Assembly: GCF_006345805.1 (NCBI RefSeq)
Contig: NC_042998.1
Location: forward strand, 36,146,001 to 36,210,000
Length of the DNA stretch: 64,000 nucleotides
Direction: 5' to 3'
Source: Octopus sinensis
Taxonomy: Eukaryota
Shown here: positions 25,086-40,210 of the stretch, one piece after another
Layout of the letters: the number at the start of each line of letters is the position of its first letter
Position numbering within the stretch: the stretch's first letter is position 1
Made by a program: the position numbers and the translations under genes
The notes under the pieces: generated by a model
Told to the model about the DNA's origin: nothing
Database searches by the model: none
Seen by the model: the letters and a program-made list of their open reading frames with translations, nothing else

Positions 25086-25147
<62 letters not shown>

Positions 25148-26258
25148 CCATTTCCATACATAAATACAAACACACAAATACATTTTTCTATTGTTTTATT
25201 ATTTAATCATAGGCCTACTGGGTAAGGTCTTTTTTTCCCTCGGACCAAACATTAACAAGAACAACAACACTATTGCAACGCTGATGGCAAACTGCTTGGT
25301 GGCTGAGGAGTAACTGTTTAGCAGTCATTATCTATGAATAAAACTAAAAGTGATTGGAGTCATCGAAAGCGCCACCACGAGACGGCTTGACGTGCAAGCA
25401 TTAGCAGTCGAATCATCGTTAAATCATCAACCATCAACGGCTTAAAGACAAAATAAACCGGACATTTTAGATAAAATATGGTCCTTGATACACTGTTTGA
25501 AAATAAAAAGACGTAATGGTCATATATGGAACGCTGGTCGATGGGGAAAAAAAACCCAACAAGTAAAGAGACTGGCATATCAAAAGAGACATTTAAGTTC
25601 CTTCTGCCTGACAACCCAGAAACAGAACGCAGAAAAGACAAAGGAGAAAAAAAAAAAAAAAGAAACGGATAAAGAATAATAAGAAAAAAGTGAAGAATAA
25701 TAAAAAAAAATGAGGACATAAAGAAAAAGAAAAGAAAAATACTTGTAAAAGAAACAAAAGATACAAAATAAAAAAATAGAAAAATTATAAGAAGCAAGAA
25801 TGGAGAATTAAAAAAAGGAAGAAAAAGGAGGGACGTTGTGGCGTTTATGCCAGTGCAAAGTTTTATTGGTGGGAAATATTGTATGCATAGGCATCAGCTT
25901 GGCTGTGCGGTAGGAAGCTTGCTTCCCAAGCACTTGGCTCTGGGTTCAGTCCCACTATGTGGCAGCTTGAACAAGTGTCTTCGACTATAGTCTTGGCCCA
26001 GCCAAAACCTTGGTAACAAACATGCACGACGCATGTTTGTGTGTATGTATTTGTATGTGAGTATTTGTATGTATGTATGTATTTGTGTGTATGTGTGTGT
26101 ATGTATGTATTTGTGTAAGTGTATACATAAATATATGTGTATGTATTTTTGTATGTATGTATAAATATGTATATATGTGTGTGTATGTATTTTTTATGTA
26201 TATATATATATATATATATATGTGTATGCATGCATGCATGTATATATGTAAGTGTGTG

Positions 26259-26289
<31 letters not shown>

Positions 26290-26349
26290 TGTGTGTGTAT
26301 CATGCATGTATATATATGTATATATATATATATATATGGGTGAGTGTGT

Positions 26350-26425
26350 GAGAAAGTTTGAAACAGCTAAGACTCTACACCCTGGAGAGAAGGCGGGAGA
26401 GGTATGCAGTAATATACATCTGTGG
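26350..26425 (+). mobile_element. CR1-group LINE 3' fragment
   Basis: ESLKQLRLYTLERRRERYAVIYI matches the ERL..L.LYSLERRR motif of the CR1 ORF2 C-terminus. Confidence 0.7.
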
Positions 26426-26770
26426 TTGTTGTTAGTATTGCTGGCGTATCCTCAGATCCCAAAACCCGTTGACCTAAAAACTTCTTCAAAATATTTTGAT
26501 GGGAAACCCAAGGTAATCCCATATACCGGCCTTCCCCATTAAAAAAATATATATATTCTCATTATTGTGTATGCGTCTGTATGTATATATATAACAAAAA
26601 CAAAACAAACGGAAAAAATCATAGCTAATTCCTCCTCATCCAAGGGATCCTAATAGTTTCGCGCCGTTGTATGTATAACTTGATGCAACCAGTCTGCAAA
26701 ATGGCCGGCAAAATGGAATAGGAGCTTTATTTGCATATTCAAAAAAGTTTCCCGTAGACAAATTTAAACG

Positions 26771-26809
<39 letters not shown>

Positions 26810-26834
26810 CGGGAAGGTTTACGAAAATGAAGAC

Positions 26835-27148
26835 TCCGCCGGTTACGACGACGAGGGTCCCAGCTGATACGATCAACGGAACAGCTTGCTCGTGAAATTA
26901 ACGTGCAAATGGCTGAGCATTCCACAGACACGTGTACCCTTAACGTAGTTCTCGGGGATAATCAGCGTGACACAGAGAGTGACAAGGCTGACCCTTTGAA
27001 ATACAAGTACAACTCATTTTTGCCAGCTGAGTGGACTGGAGCAACGTGAAATAAAGTGTCTTGCTCAAGGACACAACGCGTCGCCGGGAATCGAACTCAC
27101 AACCTTACGATCATGAGCCGAATGCCCTAACCACTAAGCCACGCGCCC
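26835..27148 (-). mobile_element. tRNA-derived SINE, family C, complete
   Basis: Reverse complement reads gcgcgtggcttagtggttagggcattcggctcatgatcgtaaggttgtgagttcgattcccggcgacgcgttgtgtccttgagcaagacac. Confidence 0.9.
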
Positions 27149-28554
27149 TCACGAAAATAAACAAAAGACGAAGGCAGGTGGAGTACAAACAAACAATTGT
27201 ATTAGTATGGCGGTCAGGAATAGAAATAGAACAAGTCTTTTATGTTTCGAGCCTACGCTCTTCGACAGAAGATACACAGATATATATATATATATATATA
27301 TTATATATCTATATATAGATATATATATATATATATATAGCAACGTTTGTATATGTAGTTGTATATCTATCTATATATGTACATACACCCATCTGTATCG
27401 CTTTATCAATATACATACATAAACTCATATATTACCTATAGTCAGTGCTTTTGTATTTGATTTGCAAGATGTTGATGAAAAATCATGAACTGAAACAAGT
27501 TTTGCATCATCAGTGGGTCATCTTGCCAATAAGATCATACGCGCTGGCTCTGTATCACTTCATTTCATTATTATTAGATAACTAGCTGAGGCGGTGAGCT
27601 GGCAGAACAGTTACCATCTTGAGCAACGTTCTGAGTTCAAATACTACAGAGGTCGACTTTGCCTTTCATCCTTTCGGGGCCGATAAAATAAGTACTTGTT
27701 GATCAGTCGAGTCGATCTAATCGGCTCAACCCCTCCCGCCGAAATTGCTGGCCTTGTGCATAAATTTGAAATCGTTACTAGATAACTAGTCAAATGGTTA
27801 CCTAATTGGCTAAGTTTGGATACATTGAAACCGCCTACAACTGGGGATGGTATCCAAAAAATTATCTGCCATTCTTTAAAGGAACAACAGCGTTCATACA
27901 GTGCATATTCGAATCCTAGATGCGTTGCAGATGTGAATGGAATTATAATATCATATACATTGATAAGTAATAATGTTTTTACGTTTATATATTTGTTTTG
28001 CAAGATTTTTGATGTGAAATCGTGTGTTGAAACAGATATTGTTGCATTTAGGAATGGTCATTTTGGCAGTTTAGCCAATAAAAATAATGTTTTCTATTTG
28101 AGGAACAAAGCTAGAAAAGTTGAGTGGAGCGCTTTAATCCATAATATCCTCCCCATTACCTGACTGTTACTCTGTTTTATCGACCCTGGAGAGATAAAAA
28201 GTGAAACTAGCTGCGGTGGGATTTGATCTCAGAATGCAATGTGTCGAATGAAATAACACAAAATAAGTTGTTTCCGACGGCCTAACGAATCCGCCAGCTT
28301 CACATTGGCCAGTTTATTTTTTCGTAGTAAATAACTATACGGATCAGAAGCTTGCGTGTGTGTGTGGATTGAACCGTGAGTTATCAAAGGACTATAATTT
28401 GAGACTATATCTTAGAGCAGTTTAGTAAATCATTTTCTAAGGAACCCATAAAGTTGTTTACAGATAATGATAGTTCGACTGAGCAAACGTTTAAACATTG
28501 GTGAGATAAATATTAGTTTTAAGACCAGCGTAACTGACTGAAGGAAAGTGTGAG

Positions 28555-28555
28555 A

Positions 28556-28649
<94 letters not shown>

Positions 28650-28750
28650 AGAATGTGTGAGAGTGTAAGTTAATGAAAAGGAAATATAAAGAGCAGAAAA
28701 TTAGATAAGGGAAACTTAGAGCAACTCTAACTGTAAGAATGAGAGAGAGA

Positions 28751-28782
<32 letters not shown>

Positions 28783-28790
28783 AGGAAAAA
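28555..28790. repeat. (GA)n microsatellites
   Basis: Direct observation. Confidence 0.95.
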
Positions 28791-28971
28791 GACAAAGAAG
28801 AAGAGAGGAAAGGAGAGAAGAAATGAAGGAAAAGAGGAAAAGTGAACAGATATGAAAATTGGGAGATGTTTAAATAAAGAATTTTGAACAAAAAGAACAG
28901 AAAAGAGGCAAAAATGACGATGTCAGGAGTTTGAGGTAAATGTGTTGAAATATATCTGTGATCATATTCGT

Positions 28972-29323
28972 TTCTATTCTAGGCACAAGGCCTGAAATTT
29001 TGGAGGGAGGAGCCAGTCGATTAGATCGACCCTAGTACACAACTGGTACTTAATTTATCAAAGCCGAAAACGAAGAAAGGCAAAGTCAACCACAAGGGAA
29101 TTTGAACTCAGAACGTAGCGACAGACGAAATACCTATTTCTTTACTACCCACAGAGAGGACAAACAAGGACAGACAAACGGATTAAGTCGATTACATCGA
29201 CCCCAGTGCGTGACTGGTACTTATTTAATCGACCCCGAAAGGATGAAAGGCAAAGTCGACCTCGGCGGAATTTGAACTCAGAACGTAACAGCAGACGAAA
29301 GACCGCTAAGTATTTCACCCGCC
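28972..29323 (-). mobile_element. SINE family B, tandem-body form
   Basis: Two Meta-like bodies joined by gacgaaatacc|tatttctttactacccac. Confidence 0.8.
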
Positions 29324-29988
29324 TTTGTGTGTTCATATTATTGTATGCACATTGTTCTATAGAAACGCAGAAAATAATGACGGGTTAACGGGGAAATAAA
29401 AAGACGAGAAGGGTTAGGTGCTTACCGAATTTCTATAAAGAATTATAAATAGTTTTTCACAAGAGTTCAAGTCTCGTCATAGCCTCATGTTACAGTCATG
29501 CATCGCTTAGCCTCGCAAAATTCACGATTTCTTTGATTTACGTTTTCAAGCTCTGGTCAAATGAGAATTAAAACTACTTCAATTATTCATCAGGTATTAT
29601 AGAATTGTATATGATTAGACAAGATGAGTTCCTGGCTGCTCATATTTACTGCGTGGGTGTCTGAAATATGAAGCGGTTAGGCGCCTTTCGAAGTAAGTAG
29701 GCAATTTAAAGTTCTGTAAAAAGACACATGAAAAGAAAACTAGAAGCTGACAAGTGGTCGTCACAAGAGCTGAAGTGTGAGGATCGGTGCGGGTTGCTCC
29801 TGGCTTCTTCTTTCCATTCCTTTCTTTCACTCCTCTCCATTGAAGAGTTTCAATCATTATACAAATATATTTTGTAGTGGCAGTAATTATGTTTAAAACA
29901 GAAGTTGTTGAGAAGTTAATGAGATAAGCTTTACTAAACTAAGGGAGAAATAAAGGTTATTAATAGCAAAAGATTATACAAGCATTTA

Positions 29989-30036
<48 letters not shown>

Positions 30037-30329
30037 CACATTTTAATAACAAAAGGGTAAAATTCATTTATCAATTAATTAATTAACTAATAATTTTACC
30101 AAGTAGATCGGCACGTTAAAGTAACAGTTTTAAATCAAATAACACAAATATTCTATAATTAAAACATAATTACAATTAAGGGTCAGCTAATTGCTTCACC
30201 ACATACCGAATTTAGAATTAGGAATAAAAATTCCTTCTCTACAACCGTAAGAATCTCATAGACAGTAACACACTACTGTGTTACTGATTATAATTATAGA
30301 ATATTTGTCCATATATATACACATATATA

Positions 30330-30339
30330 TAAACATAAT

Positions 30340-30371
<32 letters not shown>

Positions 30372-32473
30372 TACAAATATATACGTATGCATATATATAC
30401 AAATATATACATATGCATATATATACAAATATATACATATGCATATATATACAAATATATACATATGCATATATATACATATATACATATACATATATAC
30501 ATATGCATATATACATATGCATATATATACATATATACATATGCATATATATACATATATACATATGCATATATATACATATATACATATGCATATATAT
30601 ACATATATACATATGCATATATATACATATATACATATGCATATATATACATATATACATATGCATATATATACATATATACATATGCATATATATACAT
30701 ATATCATATGCATATATATACATATATACATATGCATATATATACATATATACATATGCATATATATACATATATACATATGCATATATATACATATGCA
30801 CATATGCATATATACATATGCATATATACATATGCACATATGCATATATACATATGCATATATACATATGCATATATACATATGCATATATATATACATA
30901 TATACATATGCATATATACACATGCATATATATACATATATACATATGCATCTGTATACATATATACATATGCATATGTATACATATATACATATGCATC
31001 TGTATACATATATACATATGCATCTGTATACATATATACATATGCATATGTATACATATATACATATGCATATATATACATATGCATATGTACACATATA
31101 TACATATGCATATATATACATATCCATATATATACATATGCATATATATACATATGCATATGTACACATATATACATATGCATATATACACATATATACA
31201 TATGCATATATACACATATATACATATGCATATATATACATATATACATATGCATATATATACATATATACATATGCATATATATACATATGCATATATA
31301 TACATATGCATACATGCATATATATACATATACGTACATGCATATATATACATATACATACATGCATATATATACATATACATACATGCATATATATACA
31401 TATACATACATGCATATATATACATATACATACATGCATATATATACATATACATACATATGCATATATATACATATACATACATATGCATATATATACA
31501 TATACATATATAAGCATATATATACATATACATACATATGCATATATATACATATACATATATAAGCATATATACATATACATATATATACATATGCATA
31601 TATACACATATGCATATATACACATATGCATATATACACATATGCACATATATACATATGCATATATATACATATATATACATATATACATATGCATATA
31701 TATACATATATATACATATGCATATATATACATATGCATATATATACATATGCATATGTATACATATATACATATGCATATATATATACATATGCATATG
31801 TATACATATATACATATGCATACATATATACATATGCATACATGTATACATATGCATATGTATACATATATACATATGCATACATATATACATATGCATA
31901 TGTATACATATATACATATGCATACATATATACATATGCATACATATATACATATGCATATATATACATATACACATATGCATATATATACATATGCATA
32001 TGTATACATATATACATATGCATATGTATACATATATACATATGCATATATATACATATATACATATGCATATATATACATATATACATATGCATATATA
32101 TACATATGCATATATATACATATATACATATGCATATGTATACATATATACATATGCATATGTACACATATATTCATATATATGCATATATATACATATA
32201 TACATATGCATATGTATACATATATACATATGCATATGTATACACATATACATATGCATATGTATACATATATACATATGCATATGTATACATATATACA
32301 TATGCATATGTACACATATATACATATGCATATGTACACATATATTCATATATATGCATATATATACATATACATATATATACATATACATACATGCATA
32401 TATATACATATACATACATGCATATATATACATATACATACATATGCATATATATACATATACATATATAAGC

Positions 32474-32504
<31 letters not shown>

Positions 32505-33116
32505 AGCATATATATATACATATACATATATATACATATGCATATATACACATATGCATATATACACATGCATATATACACATATGCATATATACACATG
32601 CATATATACACATGTATATATACACATGCATATATACATATGCATATATACAAATACATATATATACATATGCATATATACATATATATACATAATACAA
32701 ATACATAAATATGCATGTATATATATATACATATACATACATACATACAAATACATACATATGCATATATATACATATCTATACACATATGCATATCTAT
32801 ATACATGTATATATATATACATGCATATATATACATGTATATGCATACATATATTTGAGTGATTGATTGATTGTTGCATATATATATGCATATATATACA
32901 TGTATATGTATACATATATTTGCATATATATATGCATATATATACATGTATATGTATACATATATTTGCATATATATACGCATATATATACAAGTATATG
33001 TATACATATATTTGCATATATATACGCATATATATACAAGTATATGTATACATATATTTGCATATATATACATGTATATGTATACATATATTGCATATAT
33101 ATACATATATATGCAT
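30330..33116. repeat. ~2.8-kb purine/pyrimidine-alternating compound satellite (units such as tatatacatatatacatatgca)
   Basis: Direct observation; runs into an assembly gap. Confidence 0.97.
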
Positions 33117-33216
33117 NNNNNNNNNNNNNNNNNNNNNNNNNNNNNNNNNNNNNNNNNNNNNNNNNNNNNNNNNNNNNNNNNNNNNNNNNNNNNNNNNNNN
33201 NNNNNNNNNNNNNNNN
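33117..33216. other. Assembly gap (100 N)
   Basis: Run of 100 n characters. Confidence 1.
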
Positions 33217-33304
<88 letters not shown>

Positions 33305-33619
33305 TATGTTACACACACATACACAGATATATTCATGCGCACACACTTATATATGTATATTATATATGTGCGAATGCCTGTAATACTGAATGTGTACACA
33401 TACGCGTGTATGGATATCGAGATATACACATGCGTACATAAGACTATCGAAAAAGATATTGCATCGAAGAAGCCCGAAGTGATATACAGAGTGAAATATT
33501 TTTGTGAGTTTGAAAACTACGAAAACAACACAAACTTGTTAGCAGTTCAAATATGTTTGAGTCATATTCGAGGCCGTATAAAAGGCATTCTCTGTATTTT
33601 GTCATGGAGAAAATTTCAT

Positions 33620-33712
33620 GCTGTAGTCAATAAGGGGTTAATACACCGAGTCAGTTCGTAGCTCTTGCTGTAGTCAATAAGGGGTTAATACACCGATTCA
33701 GTTCGTAGCTCT
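33620..33712 (+). repeat. 47-bp tandem duplication
   Basis: gctgtagtcaataaggggttaatacaccga(g/t)tcagttcgtagctct twice. Confidence 0.95.
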
Positions 33713-34275
33713 CCATAACCGGACTGCTGGATGCATGGATTTCGGAGTGGTTATCTCCTCTTCAACACCAGAAACTGGAAAGGCAGACGCTGCCAACTGA
33801 CAAGAGAGACAAGGCGTTCTTATTATATTCCTGTCATCGTTCAATGACTGGTTTCGCAAGTCACCGGTCGTCGTAAATAAAAGCGCTAAGGTGTGACATG
33901 TAAAAAAACAAACGTTCTACCAGTTCAAATATGCCTGAGGCATATTTGAACCCACAAGAAAGCTATTCAGTGTATTTTGTCATGGAGAACACTTCTCACT
34001 GTAGACAAATTGGTGTAAAAATCATCAAACCAGCTCACAGCGTTCCCCAACCAGACTGGTTGCTGCATGCATTTGAAAACAATATACCAAAGCACTCTTT
34101 GTTTTGTTTTTCGTTTTTTTTTGTTTTATTTCGTGACACATGAATGGTGATCCCCCAAAGCACAACTCAAGTTTGAGTCTTAAACAACTTCTTCTCTTCA
34201 AAGTTCTGAAATCAGAGAACGATTAAAAGCCCTCATCTTTACGTCACTGTCTGTAATCATCGTATTGTATATCAC

Positions 34276-34958
34276 TATGTGTGATTATATCAAAGGAATA
34301 ATATAAAATCATTTTGGAGACATTGGCTCTTTAATAGAAAGAAATGATGCACTTACATCTTTCTATAGGAATCACGAAAACCTCCACTGATATATTTGAG
34401 TCGTCATAAATGTATTATTTTTTTAGCATAGACGAGGAGAAGGAACATACCTGGGTGTACAGAGTTTCTACGTTAGAGTTCGAAATTTCAGAATATCAAT
34501 CACTTTAGGAGATTCATCAGCAATGGAGACAACCCAAATCAACCCCTAGGTTTATTCTGCATAATATGTTCCCATCCAATTAATAGTTCAGAACTGTAAT
34601 AATCCGAGGAAATGCTGCTAAATATGGTTAAGCATATTGGTAGCGTTAGTGTTCAACTCAATCAAACGACATATTAACTCAAAACAGATTGTATTTTAAT
34701 GATTTAAAAGCATTTTAATATTGAACAATTTAGCTTCTTGAAAATAATTTATTAATAGTCTCTCATTTGCTTATTTAAAGTTTGCACTTACCACTTACGT
34801 AAGGTGTCACAATGAAAACAAGAATTTTCAAATATTTTCTATATCAGTGGAGGTTTTCGTGATTCCTATAGAAAGATGTAAGTGCATCATTTCTTTCTAT
34901 TAAAGAGCCAATGTCTCCAAAATGATTTTATATTATTCCTTTGATATAATCACACATA
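34276..34958. repeat. Perfect 119-bp inverted repeats around a 445-bp spacer
   Basis: 34276-34394 equals the reverse complement of 34840-34958 by my base-by-base reading; TA at both outer ends. Confidence 0.93.
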
Positions 34959-35497
34959 ACCGAACCAAATATCAGCGAACATCTATCGAAGGAATATCCT
35001 CCACATAACACCATATATAAGACATTTCAATGAGTTGCCATTAAAACAGCATGAATACAGCTAAATAAGATTATCGATCAAATTTTTATTGGTTTTACAG
35101 CAGAACTGTGAAGATTCCAGTAAGGTACACGAAATAAAAAAAGTAAAGTAATAAAACAGGTGATGATAGGGTGTATTAGTGGTGCATTACGGATGTGTGT
35201 TTGTATATATGCACGCAGAGGGACACACGCAGATACATACATACATGCATACATATATACATAAATTAACATATATATCAATATATAGACATAAATAAGT
35301 GTATCCACAGATACACACACACACGCGCACACATATACATGTATGTAATTATGTATGTATGTCGTTATTCGGTTTATTTCAAGATTTATTTCCAATAGAG
35401 AAAGAACCGGTTTCTAAACTAGATCCAAGGCTGCTTCATTTCAACATCAACAACAGGGTATGTACGTACGTATGTACATACGTACGTACGTACGTAC

Positions 35498-35528
<31 letters not shown>

Positions 35529-36864
35529 TGTATGTATGTATGTATGTATGTATGTATGTATGTATGTATGCATGCATGTATGTATGGCATTATTTAGTTT
35601 ATTTCAAGATTTCTTGCCAATAGAGAAAGAACCGGTTTCTAACCTAGGTTCAAGGCTCCTTCATTGGGATTTCAACATCAACAACACGGTATTTTTGTTT
35701 GTATGTATAAATAAGTATATATGCATGTATATGTGCCGATTTTTACGCTTTGTTTTATGTATGTACTCTCATGCATATAGTTGCATATCTAGACATGTTC
35801 ATATATATTTAAATGATAAACGCTTGGTAAGTTTTATAGATTTTTATAGTTCTAGATATATGTATGTATGTCTCTTCTATTTCTTAATTATCATAAATCT
35901 TCCATTGTGGAATGAGCCGATTTCCAATAAAGATACAAGGCTCCATCTTTGGGATGTAGTTAACACAGACAAATTCACATTTGGAACTTGAGAAAAGTCT
36001 TGCATATTTTTACTGTTCCACTCACAGATTGCACTTGTAATGTACGAATCAGCCTATCAGTTTCTCTTTCTGAAAATTCCAGTTTATCGTATGTATGTAT
36101 GTATGTATGTATGTATGTATGTATGTATGTATGTATGTATGTATGTATGTATGTATGTATGTATGTGGTTAAGAAGTTTCTTTCGTAACCAACCAGCCAC
36201 CGGTTGAGTACCACTGCATGCCACACTAGGCAAGTGTCTTCTACTGTAGCATCGAAACGACCAATGCCTTGTGGTTGAAACTGATAGAGGAAAATTGGGG
36301 AAAGACGGACATTTACGCACTCCTCACAACACACATTGGTATATGAATATGCGTGCGTTTGTGTAGGTGTGTGTTTGTATCGGACGCGTGTATGTGTGTG
36401 GGCGTGTGTTTGTGTAGGTGTGTGTGTGTAGGCGTGTGTATGTGTAGGTGTGTGTTTGTATCGGTGCGTGTTTGTGTATGTGTGTTTTTCTGTAGGTGTG
36501 TATTAGTCTTCTACGTTTGTCATTGCTAGAAAAATCTTTCGGAGTCCCGCAACTTTGCTGTCTAATGCAATAGACAGGGCGAAATCCAATAACTGATTGG
36601 CTGGTGAGTTGAAATGGTCGACTTCAATCACTTCAACGTGACCCTCCATTAGAGATGAATCTAATTACTGTCATAAGTAGAAAAGTATGATGTATATATT
36701 TATAGGCGCAGGCGTGGCTGTGTGGTAAGAAGTTTGCTTCCAAACTACATGGTCCCAGGTTCAGTCCCACTTCGAGGCATCTTGGACAAGTATCTTCTAC
36801 CATAGCTTTCGGCCGACTAAAGCCTTGTCAGAAAATTTAGTGGACGGAAACTGAAAGAAGCCCG

Positions 36865-36916
<52 letters not shown>

Positions 36917-37187
36917 GTATATACATACATGCACAGACAGACACACGTATATATATGTGTGTGTCTTTGTGTCTGTGTTTGACTGAGACAAGTAGAAAAT
37001 AAAAGATGAAATATATGTATATATATTTATAAAGAGGCAAGAAATCTAAATTTGAACCATTTTTTGATAAATCTGATAACGGAAGACAGCGCTAAAAATG
37101 TAAATATATATACAATCATCCAACATTCTGATTACCTTATTATTCAAAATATACAATATCTGTACATCACTTCAAACTCTCTCTTTT

Positions 37188-37263
<76 letters not shown>

Positions 37264-37308
37264 TTTTCCATGCTGACGATAAACATAGGATAATTCATTC
37301 ACCTATTT

Positions 37309-37361
<53 letters not shown>

Positions 37362-37369
37362 CACTTAAG

Positions 37370-37622
37370 ACTAAAGAAGGCAAGTCTTGTACTATAGTAT
37401 TAAAACTTCTCACAGTCGCTTTATCTGCTGGAGATAGCTACCCAAATGCTTTTAAATCATATCCCAATGTTGGACGTTCAAGAACCAAATGAAGGGCAGC
37501 TTTTCAATCTCAGCATCATCCTGGTTCCAAAAAGGTACAATATGTCTATTTAGAGCAAATGTAGACTGAGATTCAGGGGTCCCAGACGAACAGACAGAAT
37601 TTCGCTTTTATTAATATTGATG
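37370..37622 (+). mobile_element. Possible second Helentron-type non-autonomous element
   Basis: Ends cagacgaacagacagaatttcgcttttattaatattgat, similar to the HINE 3' end at 8150-8182; follows an (AT)n tract; 5' end not clearly recognised. Confidence 0.4.
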
Positions 37623-39163
37623 TAACTTTCAGCATTTAACTTCTGCTGTCGATCAGTGATTGGTCTGTCTTGTGGCTGGTCGAAATTTCGGAATCGTCAG
37701 AAGTCTAGTCTCTATTTCACTCTTTATTAACCCAATAATTATTTGTCGTCTGTTCTTGATATAGAAGCCATATAATCCAGTCTAGCCTCATAGGCAGATT
37801 TGAAACTCTACTAAATCTTCTCATTTATTGTATGTCGGCTGCATATCACTAGGAATTTTATCACAGACAACGATTATTTTGTGCCATACTACATGCAGCC
37901 CCGATGCGATTTACTTATCAGGAAAATTCATGCATGCGATCCATTCTTATATATGTATTCAGTAACTTTGAACCTATCTTGACGCTTCCAACATCTCGAG
38001 AAACTAATGTGAAACTCGTACACATATACGTCTCTTATAAATACTTCCACAAATGTATATATATATATACATACAGATATATACATATAGAAGCAGTTGG
38101 CTGGGAGTCAAACCATTTATAGAAGAGCTAATAGTTCTTACTTTGCTTTGGGCCTCCAACTCTTGATAGAGTCACATGGGGCCATCGTAATATACGGCTT
38201 GTCTTCGGCATATTTTAAACGTGCAGAACCCATCTTTCTCAAGATTTAACCATAGCCAAACGTGGGAAAAAAGCAGAGGGAAAGAGAAAGATAAACAGAG
38301 ACAGGAATCTTGTAAGGACTCGAAAATAGATATAACTCAGGTATTCCTATTTACGCTGCGATTGATGGAACTCTTGAGAATTAGAGAGGTGTAATACGGA
38401 GACGTCTGGCACTAATCCATTTGCTACCCTGAATTGCAGGGTAGCGATTCATGTGTCGCTAGAAGTGTTGCAATATTAAAATTTGAAATCACTTTAATTC
38501 TCAGTGGCTTCACCTATCCGCTGTAAATAGGAATAAATAACAGCCATATCCGATTCTCTGTCCGTTAAATATTCTTAAATAAATACAAACTCATTGTAGC
38601 ACCAAATTGCTAATTGTTCTGCAAGATGGTGACTTTAATCTGAAATGTCTACCTCCAGCATCATTGGCTACTCAGATCCGTTCTCCTATGTAAGACTTTC
38701 ATGAAATCTTCCACAATTTCAAGGAAATTACCATTTTAGATAACCATGGAGATTTTGATGAGTTTGGTACACGAATAATAAATAATTATGGGGACTTTGC
38801 TACTACTACTACTACTACTACTACTAACTACTACTACTACTACTACCGCCGCCGCCGTTACAACTGCTAGTTTCTAATTTAGGTAGAAAGCCAGTAATTT
38901 TGAGGGAAGGGGTTAGTCGATTTCGTCGATTCCAGTACTTATGTGGTACTTTATTTTATTATCCTTGGGAGGATGGAAGTTTCAGTTGAACTCGGGCTGG
39001 ATTTGAACTCAGAACTTAAAGAGGACATTGCAAAGTATTCTTTCTATGCTCCAACGGTCCTCGCAGTTCGAGACTTTGTACAAATAGAAAACTATTATAA
39101 AACATTCAGTGCAAGATTGCAAAACAAGTAGAAAACAATAATACAGACAGACATACAAACACA

Positions 39164-39205
<42 letters not shown>

Positions 39206-39399
39206 GCGTGCACACGCGCCCTAACCTTGTCTTCAAAGAAACCAACAAACCGGGAAGAGAAGCTGAAGTGACAGAAAGCGGTGAAGAGAAAGATACGCTA
39301 AAAAGCTAAAAGTAAAAATGTGATAGAAGAATTTCATGTCAAAACGATGACAAGAAAACCGGTTACGTACGGAATACCGAAGAACACTGAACAGATTGG

Positions 39400-39700
39400 A
39401 AATAAACGAGGACAAATTGCAGCACAGGCTGAGAAATGCGGGACTGAGAAGCTAAATAGAAGGATGATTTATGATTGCGACACAGGATGAAATTCTTCTC
39501 ACTAGAAACCGAAAAAATCATGTAACAAAAGAGAATCGGTTAAGCAGGTAAAGAATAAAAGGGAAATTGGAAACAACAGCTACTTTGTCTCTGGCTTTCA
39601 TAAACGGGTAGTTAGACAGGCCTTGTGAAATATCATCTACACATACACCATAAAAATGCGTTAGGGAACGGTAAAGCGACCGACCATTTGTTAGTATATG
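39400..39700 (+). mobile_element. R4/Dong-like LINE fragment (region before the zinc knuckle), decayed
   Basis: IEG*FMIATQDEILLTRNRKNHVTKE resembles the ETEG...AAQDQ.L.TRNY motif. Confidence 0.55.
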
Positions 39701-40070
39701 CCAGTACATACGGACAAAGAAATTGCGGTTACTTGGCGGAATGTTGTTGTGGAGGACCACCATAGAGTGAAGTTTAACCCGAAGTGTATTTCTAATTGAT
39801 ATTATGTATAGACATACATACATACATACATACATACATACATACATCATACATACATACATACATACTACATACATACATATATATAAATGCTCGAAAT
39901 ACGAGAGTAGAAAAGGGTCGTTTTTTATGCTGTTTGTCGTTTTCCTTTTGTATCTTTCATCGTTCGAAAAAATAGTTCATATTCCATTCCATGCAGTAGT
40001 ACTTCGTATTTTTTGTTGTACACGTTTCGTGATGTCCTGTCCCCATATGCATATATATATATATATATTA

Positions 40071-40106
<36 letters not shown>

Positions 40107-40174
40107 CGTATAGATGTAAGTATGCACACATACATATGTATATATGCATATATATATATTTTATTATATTATAT

Positions 40175-40210
<36 letters not shown>

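Noticed and set aside
29600-29700. Candidate exon ending in a GTAAGT donor (also one at ~50590-50615)
   Set aside because: No recognisable protein, no convincing acceptor and frame pair; isolated donor motifs are expected by chance.
30256-33661. Very long ORFs (up to 836 aa) in all six frames
   Set aside because: All stop codons are pyrimidine-purine-purine, which cannot occur in strictly RY-alternating DNA, so every frame is open by construction. The products are Y/I/C/M/H/T repeats, and some span N gaps.
38423-38462. 9-bp hairpin followed 13 nt later by CTAG (Helitron 3' end?)
   Set aside because: CTAG is followed by A rather than T, and no 5' TC terminus or second copy is visible.
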